The position numbers and the translations under genes are program-made. The notes below the pieces were generated by a model. That model ran no database searches, had not been told where the DNA came from, and was given only the letters and a program-made list of their open reading frames with translations. Shown one piece after another: positions 26,113 to 32,924 of a stretch of 41,938 nt of DNA. The stretch is from IMG/VR virus record IMGVR_UViG_3300045988_101439. One strand, written 5' to 3'. The stretch's first letter is position 1; every line of letters starts with the position of its first letter. The stretch is from a virus.

Positions 26113-27216
26113 CTACGCCAACAGTCGCAAGCCCTCATTCAAGATATTTTTTGCGGCGTTCACATCTCTGTCGTGGACAGTGCCGCAGACAGGACAAGCC
26201 CATTCCCTAACGGAGAGGTCTTTGGTTCCCGGCCACTGAGCGCCACAGGCGGAGCATAGTTGGGAGGACGGAAAGAAGCGGTCTAGGGTGACTACCACTT
26301 TCCCATACCACGCAGCTTTGTACTCCAACTGCCGCCGGAACTCGCCCCAGCTTGCATCAGAGATTGACCGGGACAGCTTATGGTTGCGCACCATGTTCTT
26401 AGGCGCTAAGTCCTCGATGCTGATTAGGTCGTAGTCCCGGACAAGATGGGTGGAGAGTTTGTGGAGCATATCTCCTCGCTGGTTAGCAATGCGCTCCTGC
26501 AACCGAGCCACTTTCACCCGTGCCGTTTCTCTACGTCTACTCCCCTTTGACTTTCGAGAGAGCTGGCGCTGGAGACGGGCGAGTTTGCGGATACTCTTTG
26601 CAAGGAACTTGTGGTTAGGGTATTCCACACCGTCGGAGGTGATGGCAAATGATTTAAGCCCCATATCAAGGCCGACTACCGCTCCGGTAGATGGCAGAGG
26701 GTCTACATCTACATCGGTACAGTTAATGGCGACAAAGTATTTGCCACTGGGGTTTTGGCTGACGGTAGCGGAGAGGATGCGGCCCTTGACTTCCTTGGAA
26801 ACACGGCATTTCACGAGGCCGAGTTTGGGGAGACGGATATAATTTCCATAAACCCGAACCGTCCCACTTGTTTTGTAGCTCTTGCGCCTGTCCCGCTTGC
26901 TCTTAAACTTCGGGAAGCCTACTTTCCCCCCGCTTTTCACGGAACGGAAGAAGTTCTTGTAGGCGGCATCCAGGTCTTTCAAAGAGTTTTGCAGGGCGCA
27001 CTTGTCTGGTTCACGCAACCAATCCATCTCATGCTTTAGCGCGGTAAGTTCCCTGCTTTGTGAAACGTAGTTTGTTCCCTTTTGCTCCGCTTTGTAGAGA
27101 GCAATCCTTTGGGCGAGAAAATGGTTGTAGACGAACCTGGAACAACCGAAAGTCTTCTGAATAAGCGTTTGCTGTTCGGTGTTCGGATAAATTCTGAATT
27201 TGTACGAATACTCCAT
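26113..27216 (-). CDS. tnpB: TnpB (IS605 OrfB-type RNA-guided endonuclease).
   Basis: The N-terminus is [11 protein letters not shown]...FGCSRFVYN. RuvC residues appear intact ([21 protein letters not shown]). A zinc ribbon CSACG...CPVCG is present. Confidence 0.92.
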   Translation of the reverse strand: MEYSYKFRIYPNTEQQTLIQKTFGCSRFVYNHFLAQRIALYKAEQKGTNYVSQSRELTALKHEMDWLREPDKCALQNSLKDLDAAYKNFFRSVKSGGKVGFPKFKSKRDRRKSYKTSGTVRVYGNYIRLPKLGLVKCRVSKEVKGRILSATVSQNPSGKYFVAINCTDVDVDPLPSTGAVVGLDMGLKSFAITSDGVEYPNHKFLAKSIRKLARLQRQLSRKSKGSRRRETARVKVARLQERIANQRGDMLHKLSTHLVRDYDLISIEDLAPKNMVRNHKLSRSISDASWGEFRRQLEYKAAWYGKVVVTLDRFFPSSQLCSACGAQWPGTKDLSVREWACPVCGTVHDRDVNAAKNILNEGLRLLA

Positions 27217-27264
27217 TTCCTCACCTCATTTCTTCTTAAATTGCACAATTGTTCCCTAACACTG

Positions 27265-27293
27265 ATTATACTACAAAATGGAGGAACGTGCAA
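27265..27293 (-). promoter_or_regulatory. Promoter TTGCAC-17 nt-TATAAT upstream of tnpB.
   Basis: On the plus strand, attata is at 27265-27270 and gtgcaa at 27288-27293. The RBS GAGGTGAGGAA precedes the ATG. Confidence 0.55.
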
Positions 27294-27363
27294 GGAGGAC
27301 GCAATTTATCCCACCACCTTAGAGGTGGAGGACTTCTTGCTAAGTTTCAGTTAAAAACCTCCT

Positions 27364-27444
27364 TCATTTTTTTATATTTCGAATAATCACCCATATAGAA
27401 AGACCAAAGCTGACGGCCAGCAGACCATAAATCAAAGCATCCAT
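27364..27444 (-). CDS. 26-aa hydrophobic peptide MDALIYGLLAVSFGLSIWVIIRNIKK.
   Basis: AGAGGTG lies 7 nt before the ATG. The peptide has a single TM helix and a basic tail. It is below the ORF-track size cutoff. Confidence 0.45.
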   Translation of the reverse strand: MDALIYGLLAVSFGLSIWVIIRNIKK

Positions 27445-27504
27445 ATCTTGACACCTCTTGAGCATTTTGTTATTCTTTAGGGGGGAGGTTTCCCTCCCCC
27501 TCCT

Positions 27505-27621
27505 CTACTCTGTCAGCTTCTCAATCAAGAGAAGAATGGCAGTGACGAGGTTTAGGATTGCGGCGGTAAGGTTAACTAAGCTGTCGGGCTTGGCCTTGCC
27601 GCCCTTTTTTTGTTTGCTCAC
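27505..27621 (-). CDS. 38-aa peptide VSKQKKGGKAKPDSLVNLTAAILNLVTAILLLIEKLTE, with a basic N-terminus and a hydrophobic helix.
   Basis: AAAGGAGGTG lies upstream of the GTG start. It is followed by the 8-bp hairpin 27481-27500. Confidence 0.45.
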   Translation of the reverse strand: MSKQKKGGKAKPDSLVNLTAAILNLVTAILLLIEKLTE

Positions 27622-27647
27622 TGGTGTTTCACCTCCTTTCTGATACT

Positions 27648-27676
27648 ATAATACACTATTTCGTTTCGTTTGTCAA
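27648..27676 (-). promoter_or_regulatory. Promoter TTGACA-17 nt-TATTAT for the small-peptide operon.
   Basis: On the plus strand, ataata is at 27648-27653 and tgtcaa at 27671-27676. Confidence 0.5.
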
Positions 27677-27716
27677 TACTATTTATCCACTTTTTTGTTT
27701 ATTTTTATATTTAATA

Positions 27717-27745
27717 TTGACGATTTACATTTTATAGTGTATAAT
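27717..27745 (+). promoter_or_regulatory. Promoter TTGACG-17 nt-TATAAT for the XRE gene, divergent from the small-peptide promoter.
   Basis: TTGACG is at 27717-27722 and TATAAT at 27740-27745. AAAGGAGG then precedes ATG 27772. Confidence 0.6.
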
Positions 27746-27771
27746 AAGCTTATAAAAAGGAGGAATCAAAT

Positions 27772-27990
27772 ATGACATTAAGTATGGGGGAAAAGATTAA
27801 AGTAGTCCTTGGACGTAGGAATATGACATTGGGAGAATTGGCGGAAAAAACTGGACAATCCCGACAAAACTTATCCAATAAGGTAAGCCGTGACAATTTT
27901 ACTGAAAAAGATTTACGGGCAATAGCGGAAGCATTAAACTGCACTTATGCCGCTTCATTCACTATGAATGACACTGGAGAGGTGATTTAA
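27772..27990 (+). CDS. XRE-family HTH regulator.
   Basis: The protein contains GEKIKVVLGRRNMTLGELAEKTGQSRQNLSNKVSRDNFTEKDLRAIAEAL. Confidence 0.8.
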   Translation: MTLSMGEKIKVVLGRRNMTLGELAEKTGQSRQNLSNKVSRDNFTEKDLRAIAEALNCTYAASFTMNDTGEVI

Positions 27991-28048
27991 TGGTGTATAT
28001 TAACACCTAGCCCACGCAGAGGCGTAAACCCCACATGCGTGGGGATAA

Positions 28049-28168
28049 ACCGGCAAAAAAGAGATCATCCAAGCCCACGCCGAGGCCCACGGCCAAAGCG
28101 TCAACAAATTTATCAATGAGGCTATCGACGAAAAAATGGAGCGGGACAAAAAGAAATGGGACACCTAA
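28049..28168 (+). pseudogene. Start-less C-terminal remnant of a ribbon-helix-helix/HicB-type antitoxin-like gene.
   Basis: The frame reads ...IIQAHAEAHGQSVNKFINEAIDEKMERDKKKWDT*. It opens right after a stop with no start codon or RBS. Confidence 0.4.
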
Positions 28169-28188
28169 ATATCAGGTGTCCTCTTTCT
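28150..28188. terminator. Bidirectional terminator ggacacct-aaatatc-aggtgtcc.
   Basis: The 8-bp stem is 28159-28166 paired with 28174-28181. An A-run lies 5' and tctttct lies 3'. Confidence 0.55.
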
Positions 28189-28360
28189 ACGTGTTCAATT
28201 CAATTTTGCCATGTTCCTTTTCAAATTCCCGTATATGCCGCCTGACAAGCCACTCAATTTCACGATTTTTTGAGCGGCCATTATATTCTGCTATATAGGC
28301 CAGTTTGTCCAAGTCATCCCGATCTATCCTCAATGTATATCTGGGTAGCTTATCTTTCAT
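28187..28360 (-). CDS. Arc/MetJ-type ribbon-helix-helix DNA-binding protein.
   Basis: GGAGGG lies 5 nt before ATG 28360. The protein contains YTLRIDRDDLDKLAYIAEYNGRSKNREIEWLVRRHIREFEKEHGKI. Confidence 0.75.
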   Translation of the reverse strand: MKDKLPRYTLRIDRDDLDKLAYIAEYNGRSKNREIEWLVRRHIREFEKEHGKIELNT

Positions 28361-28450
28361 ATCGGCCCTCCACAATTTTTCTTGACAAAAGTATATGCGG
28401 AAGACTAAAATAAGACTCAGAAATGACGCAATTATGACGAAGCGAAATTT

Positions 28451-28488
28451 CTAAAAAAGCCGGACAGAAGCGGCTGCTCCTGCCCGGC
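28451..28488 (-). terminator. Intrinsic terminator after the Spo0A-C gene.
   Basis: The minus strand reads gccgggcag-...-ctgtccggc followed by tttttt. Confidence 0.6.
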
Positions 28489-28494
28489 CAGTGG

Positions 28495-28869
28495 TTACCT
28501 GTCCAGGGTGTAACGAATATATGCTGCTACCAAGTCAATAAACTCTAAGTTTGTAGGGCGCTTTTCTAAGGTATAGCCCGCCATCTTATTCAGTTCATCT
28601 CTGCCGTAGCTGTCCCAGCAGGCGCAAATCGCAGTACGGATTGCCCGCTCGACCCTGGTATCTTTATCACTAAATTCTGCGGCTATTTCGGGGTAAAGAA
28701 CTTTCGTGATAAGATCAGTCCGGTAAGGGTCTTTTACGGTTACTGTAAGGGCATACCTCAAGAAGCGAAAACCTTTCAGCTTTCCACTGATTCGGAGGCG
28801 GCGTAGAGTTCGCTCTACAACAATGTGCAAATCGCTACATTCCTGTATAGGGTCCATGGTTATAGGCAT
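28495..28869 (-). CDS. Stand-alone Spo0A C-terminal (DNA-binding) domain protein with no receiver domain.
   Basis: ITKVLYPEIAAEFSDKDTRVERAIRTAICACW...GYTLEKRPTNLEFIDLVAAYIR closely matches the Spo0A effector domain ([32 protein letters not shown]...KPTNSEFIAMVADKLR). Confidence 0.85.
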   Translation of the reverse strand: MPITMDPIQECSDLHIVVERTLRRLRISGKLKGFRFLRYALTVTVKDPYRTDLITKVLYPEIAAEFSDKDTRVERAIRTAICACWDSYGRDELNKMAGYTLEKRPTNLEFIDLVAAYIRYTLDR

Positions 28870-28962
28870 GACGTTTCAATCCTTTCTATCTTTATGCGGG
28901 ATACGCCATGCCTCTGGGGAGGTCCGCGGCATTGTCTTAGCGGGCCTCTCGATTTTTTTGCT

Positions 28963-28983
28963 ATATCACACAAGATGCAACAC
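28963..28983 (+). repeat. Candidate integrase arm-type sites (ATATCACAC + ATGCAACAC), left arm.
   Basis: ATATCACAC is at 28963-28971 and ATGCAACAC at 28975-28983. The same words recur at 29200-29240. Confidence 0.4.
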
Positions 28984-29038
28984 AATTATACCACAAAAAC
29001 CGAAAACCATTGTGCCACAATTACTTTGTGCTTTTGTT

Positions 29039-29067
29039 GGCGGGTTCGACTCCCGCCTCGCGCACCA
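29039..29067 (+). other. tRNA 3'-end fragment (T-arm, acceptor 3' strand and CCA), which is the probable attP core.
   Basis: The sequence is ggcgg-gttcgactc-ccgcc-tcgcgc-a-cca. No matching 5' acceptor, D-arm or anticodon arm lies upstream. It is adjacent to int. Confidence 0.6.
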
Positions 29068-29071
29068 AGAA

Positions 29072-29104
29072 AAACCAGGTCTGAAAAGGCCTGGTTTCTT
29101 CATT
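29072..29104 (+). terminator. Hairpin aaaccagg-N10-cctggttt following the tRNA fragment. It would restore a tRNA terminator after integration.
   Basis: The stem is 29072-29079 paired with 29090-29097, followed by cttcattttt. Confidence 0.5.
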
Positions 29105-29199
29105 TTTCCTGAAAACGTTGCGGCACAAGGGATTTGGTGATTGCTCCCTCCCTTGCTTTTTTCCATATTTTACACTCTAACGAGAAAAAAGGCAAGTAA

Positions 29200-29240
29200 A
29201 TATCACACGCCGAACAATCATGCAACACGAAATATCACAC
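29200..29240 (+). repeat. Candidate integrase arm-type sites, right arm (ATATCACAC x2 and ATGCAACAC x1).
   Basis: ATATCACAC is at 29200-29208, ATGCAACAC at 29220-29228, and ATATCACAC again at 29232-29240. Confidence 0.4.
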
Positions 29241-29264
29241 AGATTGATAGAGGGGCGATTAAAA

Positions 29265-30350
29265 TCAGGCGTCCTCCTCTTTCATAAGCTGATAAAAACA
29301 TCTATCGATTTTTTGGTCGACCTCATTTTGTTTACTACGCATCGTATGGTCATACACCGAGCGCATAACCCGCGGACTTGACCAGCCACCGCGGGCCATC
29401 ATATATCTTTCTGGTACCCCAAGAGCACTCATTAAACTGCAATTGGTATGCCGCAGATCATGAAAGCGGATAAGAGGAAGATTATTTTTGCGCAGGATTG
29501 TTTTGAGCCTTTGAAGTAAACAATTTCCTTTGATTTTGACTACATGATCCTCTGGGCCATCATTGCCTTTGCTGGCCTTTAGCAGTTCCATGATATACTC
29601 AGGCGCATGGAGAGTGCGTGTGGAGCAGGTCGTTTTGGTAGACTTTTCGACCCACTGATTTTCTTTATTCCTTACTCTGGCTTGACGAACCGTAATAGTG
29701 TTGTGTGTAAAGTCTACATATTTCCAGGTCAGACCTGTGACTTCAGAAGATCGAAGACTAAGCCAGAGTGCCAAAAGTATAGGGACTTCCATTTCTGATC
29801 CTTTGATTGCCCGTAAAAGCTTACCTACCTGCTCAGGCTCTAAGTATTGCTGCTCGTTCAATTCCTTTTGCGGAAGGGTGATATTTAGACGCAAAGCTGG
29901 GTGATACTCCCGTAGAACAGCAGAAAAGAACCCATGAATATTATGTACAGACTTTGGGGTGGGCATATGGACTCGGCCCTGACTATCAGTATAGGGCTTG
30001 CTCTCTATATTGAATGCTTCCTGGATCATAGATGGTGTCAATCGATTTAGGCGGATTTGCATGAGCCCTTGCAGGTGCCTCCTGCGTATGATGTCATAGC
30101 CCCTGACGGTCGATGGTGACAATATACTGTCTTTAGAGGCCAGATATCGCTCCATCGCCTCGGCTAAGGTCATATTAGAAGAGTCCCTAGATATTTCCCG
30201 GTAGTGGAGCTGCCACTCCAGGGCGGCATACTCCGCTTCCTTCTTAGTATAGGCAGTGAAAGAACGGTACTGACGTTTTCCATCAGGTGCGGTGCCAGCA
30301 TAGACTTGGCATCTCCAGGAGCCGGAGGGAAGCTGTTTAGCGGTGGCCAT
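29265..30350 (-). CDS. int: Tyrosine site-specific integrase.
   Basis: AAAGGAG lies upstream of ATG 30350. The protein starts MATAKQLPSGSWRCQVY (SAM-like N-terminus) and carries the catalytic R (LRSSEV), HDLRHT and Y (SVYDHT). The 64-aa upstream extension on the track was rejected. Confidence 0.92.
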   Translation of the reverse strand: MATAKQLPSGSWRCQVYAGTAPDGKRQYRSFTAYTKKEAEYAALEWQLHYREISRDSSNMTLAEAMERYLASKDSILSPSTVRGYDIIRRRHLQGLMQIRLNRLTPSMIQEAFNIESKPYTDSQGRVHMPTPKSVHNIHGFFSAVLREYHPALRLNITLPQKELNEQQYLEPEQVGKLLRAIKGSEMEVPILLALWLSLRSSEVTGLTWKYVDFTHNTITVRQARVRNKENQWVEKSTKTTCSTRTLHAPEYIMELLKASKGNDGPEDHVVKIKGNCLLQRLKTILRKNNLPLIRFHDLRHTNCSLMSALGVPERYMMARGGWSSPRVMRSVYDHTMRSKQNEVDQKIDRCFYQLMKEEDA

Positions 30351-30367
30351 GTTTTTTCTCCTTTCTC

Positions 30368-30397
30368 TTGCACCAACGTACCTATGTATGATACAAT
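30368..30397 (+). promoter_or_regulatory. Promoter TTGCAC-18 nt-TACAAT, divergent from int.
   Basis: TTGCAC is at 30368-30373 and TACAAT at 30392-30397. Confidence 0.45.
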
Positions 30398-30403
30398 GAG
30401 GGC

Positions 30404-30484
30404 GCAAAGGTGCCTTGGATTTAGCGGTTTGGGGTTCGTTTGCACGTTGCCGTCCCGGAGGTAGGAGTCCGGGGCGGTTTTTTT
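30404..30484 (+). ncRNA. Candidate ~80-nt small RNA between int and the lysogeny operon.
   Basis: It is bounded by the promoter at 30368-30397 and the strong terminator at 30450-30484. It contains no ORF with an RBS. Confidence 0.35.
30450..30484 (+). terminator. Strong plus-strand intrinsic terminator.
   Basis: A 10-bp stem ccgtcccgga/tccggggcgg with an 8-nt loop is followed by T7. Confidence 0.65.
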
Positions 30485-30611
30485 CATGCCAAATCCGAAT
30501 ACGTCGGCGGATTTGGCCGCTAGGGCCTTTCGATGGCTGCATCCCCCAAAAATATGATTAGATAATATCACATGGTTCCAGGACATGGATGCACGACAAC
30601 GGGGAGCAGTT

Positions 30612-31064
30612 TTATTTGTTCAGATTTTCGTGGTTTTCGTAGGCAATCTCCTGCAACTGCTTATACAGCACCTGGATATTGTATTTTTTGGGGAACTCAA
30701 ATTTTTTTTCACTGACAGACACGCCAGTATTTGCCTTGTAGTAGGGGGAGGTGATGTACGAAATATTGATCTCGCTGTCATCCAGCCCAAAGCCGGAAGT
30801 CTCTGCGGAAACGTGGATAACGCTGGACAGGTTGATGGAATCCACCCGCATCTTTTGGCCAGTAGCCCCCTGCTTGTCAAAATCGATGATGCGCTTGTCT
30901 GTGAACAGTACCACGTCACGCACAAGACGGAAGCCAGTTTGAATCGTTTCACCTTCCATCAAGTATGCGCCGTATTCTTTTGTCAAATCCTCTACAGACA
31001 CCTCACTCATATTACCGAGCATACCGGAAGCCAAAGAGCCGCCCAACTTACCAATTAGTCCCAT
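30612..31064 (-). CDS. Bacterial PH-domain (YokE-like) protein.
   Basis: It contains YLMEGETIQTGFRLVRDVVLFTDKRIIDFDKQG...KMRVDSINLSSV, a bPH fold pattern. GAGGAG lies 7 nt before the ATG. Confidence 0.78.
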   Translation of the reverse strand: MGLIGKLGGSLASGMLGNMSEVSVEDLTKEYGAYLMEGETIQTGFRLVRDVVLFTDKRIIDFDKQGATGQKMRVDSINLSSVIHVSAETSGFGLDDSEINISYITSPYYKANTGVSVSEKKFEFPKKYNIQVLYKQLQEIAYENHENLNK

Positions 31065-31169
31065 AGTAATTCTCCTCTCTATATTTATCGCCTTCCGGCG
31101 GTTGGGGCACCAGGTAATAATTATCCTTTTACTCCCCCGTTCAGTGTTGCAAGCGCTGGGCAGGGATTT

Positions 31170-32048
31170 TTATTCATCGACAGGGAGTTTTAACTGATTG
31201 TGCATATAGTTCAACTCTCTTGCTCCCTTACCTTCTGAAAGAGTTTTCAACTGATAGACCACTGTGGCACGCAATTTCTTCATGCGCTCTGGTTGGGGCA
31301 CACCTTGATTGACCAAGTAGGCATTTAGATTTTCTAAGTTGGTCAAGACAAGAAGTTGCTCAATTGTTGCGTAATCCCGGATATTTCCCTTAATGCCTGG
31401 ATTTTCTATGCGCCATTGTTTTGCGGTCTTTCCGAATAGTACAACATTTAAGAGGTCGGCTTCATCTGCATATACATATCCCTGCTGTTGCTTAGAAAGC
31501 TCTGGCGGTATAAGATTTTCCTTGATTGCGTCTGTATGAATTTTATAGTTTGCGCTGACCAGTATTCTTTTGACGTTCCAGTCAAGGGCGAGCCGGTGCC
31601 CCTCATCCTCCTTGAGACGCTGGTAGTCTTTGATGATGTACAGCTTGAACTCAGGTGAGAGCCAGGAAGCAAATTCAAAGGCAATATCTTTGTGAGCAAA
31701 AGTCCCCCCACCATAGCGGCCAGACTTGGAAATAAGTCCGATTGCATTGGTGCTTTTGATCCACTTTTGTGGGGACATAACAAATGCGTTAGAGCCTGCA
31801 TCATTTTTAAACTGGTCGAAATCGACCATGTTAAAATTGGGGTTATTTAGTTCTTCCCACAGCCCCAAAAATTCTAAGGTGCTTCTGAGCCTCATCCAAT
31901 TCTTTACGACATCAGCCGGAAATTCTGGGTTTCTATGTTTTGCAATATCCGTCAGCGAGATATAATCATCCTCGCCCCCAACGGTTGTTACCACAGAAAT
32001 ATCCACACCGTCAGCATGAATCACGCTTTCTACTTTTTTTGCAGACAC
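31170..32048 (-). CDS. KilA-N domain DNA-binding protein.
   Basis: It contains DYISLTDIAKHRN...VVKNWMRLRSTLEFLGLWEELNNPNF...GRYGGGTFAHKDIAFEFASWLSPEFKLYIIKDYQRLK. The start is set at GTG 32048, 6 nt after GAGGAGG, because TTG 32054 abuts the RBS. Confidence 0.85.
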   Translation of the reverse strand: MSAKKVESVIHADGVDISVVTTVGGEDDYISLTDIAKHRNPEFPADVVKNWMRLRSTLEFLGLWEELNNPNFNMVDFDQFKNDAGSNAFVMSPQKWIKSTNAIGLISKSGRYGGGTFAHKDIAFEFASWLSPEFKLYIIKDYQRLKEDEGHRLALDWNVKRILVSANYKIHTDAIKENLIPPELSKQQQGYVYADEADLLNVVLFGKTAKQWRIENPGIKGNIRDYATIEQLLVLTNLENLNAYLVNQGVPQPERMKKLRATVVYQLKTLSEGKGARELNYMHNQLKLPVDE

Positions 32049-32097
32049 GGTCAACCTCCTCTCTATCTTTTCCGTCCCCCGGCGGTTGGGTTACACA

Positions 32098-32901
32098 TTA
32101 CCAGATGATATCCCTCATGTGAGGGTCGTAGCCGCCCAGCACACGGCCCAGCACTTTTAATTCGGTAAACGGTGGTATCTCAATATCCTTATACTCCGGG
32201 TTGAGGGAGTGCAGCTTTACCTCCTGGCTTTCTTCGTCCTTCTTCAACTGCTTGCAGTACGATTTCCCATCCAGAACAAAGATACCTATTTCACCATTGT
32301 CAAGAACGGGGGTAGCCTGGAGAAAGACTGTAGAGCCATTTGGTATCTTCGGCTCCATAGAATCTCCGGAGATCAGTACGCCGAAATTCGTTTTTGTGGG
32401 AACATAGTCGGACGGATACTGCTCCATATGACTGGGAGGAGTTTCTATCGGATTTCCAAGACCGGCGGCAGCGGGTTCGTCAAATACCTCAACCTCTGTG
32501 AAGCCGTGGCTGCGTTTTACTTTCGGCAGGGGAATGACTTTAGGGTGGCCGACAGGTTGCTTTGGTGTTGCTGTGATCTCGGCCTTCCCCTCATACTCCA
32601 TAATAAGCCTGACAGCTCCTTTTCCATGGTCAGTCAACCTATCATAATCCTTCGCTATCTTCTTAGCCTCCTCCGAGAGATCGGAGGGGGCGTTTTTTAT
32701 TTCTTGAGAAGTGTCGGCAAAATCGTTGAGTGTACAGCCCAAAACACGACAAATGGCTTGTAGAGTATCCAACTTTGGATTTTTGTTCACGCCAGATGTA
32801 ATTTTATCAAGCGTACTAAGGGTAACACCTGACATGGAGGAAATTTGGGCGTTCGTTAGCCCCTTTTCCTTTTTTATGGCGTTGATAATTTCAAAGCCCA
32901 T
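32098..32901 (-). CDS. CI/LexA-like repressor with an N-terminal XRE HTH and a C-terminal S24 autopeptidase.
   Basis: The HTH reads KGLTNAQISSMSGVTLSTLDKITSG. The S24 Ser is in GDSMEP and the Lys in CKQLK. Confidence 0.9.
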   Translation of the reverse strand: MGFEIINAIKKEKGLTNAQISSMSGVTLSTLDKITSGVNKNPKLDTLQAICRVLGCTLNDFADTSQEIKNAPSDLSEEAKKIAKDYDRLTDHGKGAVRLIMEYEGKAEITATPKQPVGHPKVIPLPKVKRSHGFTEVEVFDEPAAAGLGNPIETPPSHMEQYPSDYVPTKTNFGVLISGDSMEPKIPNGSTVFLQATPVLDNGEIGIFVLDGKSYCKQLKKDEESQEVKLHSLNPEYKDIEIPPFTELKVLGRVLGGYDPHMRDIIW

Positions 32902-32924
32902 ATTTTCGCCTCCTATCGCCCTCT

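Larger units (their letters stand above)
25980..27350 (-). mobile_element. IS200/IS605-family element carrying only tnpB (no tnpA). The boundaries are approximate.
   Basis: The tnpB ORF is flanked by a structured 3' (RE-side) region at 25980-26112 and a 5' (LE-side) region with the hairpin ccacc-ttaga-ggtgg (27314-27328). Confidence 0.6.

Noticed and set aside
28035-28298. An 87-aa plus-strand ORF.
   Set aside because: It reads through a bidirectional terminator and runs antisense into the RHH gene. Only a different frame, over 28049-28168, shows protein-like sequence, and that is the start-less RHH remnant.
29001-29067. A possible complete tRNA gene.
   Set aside because: Only the T-arm, 3' acceptor strand and CCA are present. 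No complementary 5' acceptor strand (GCGCGAG), D-arm or anticodon arm lies in the preceding 70 nt. I interpret it as the attP core.
30351-30542. A 64-aa N-terminal extension of the integrase (track ORF start at 30542).
   Set aside because: The extension is R/P-rich, has no RBS, and overlaps promoter and terminator signals. ATG 30350 has AAAGGAG upstream and yields a canonical integrase N-terminus.
30585-31058. A 157-aa plus-strand ORF.
   Set aside because: It is the antisense shadow of the PH-domain gene, which has an RBS and a recognisable fold pattern. The plus-strand ORF has no RBS.
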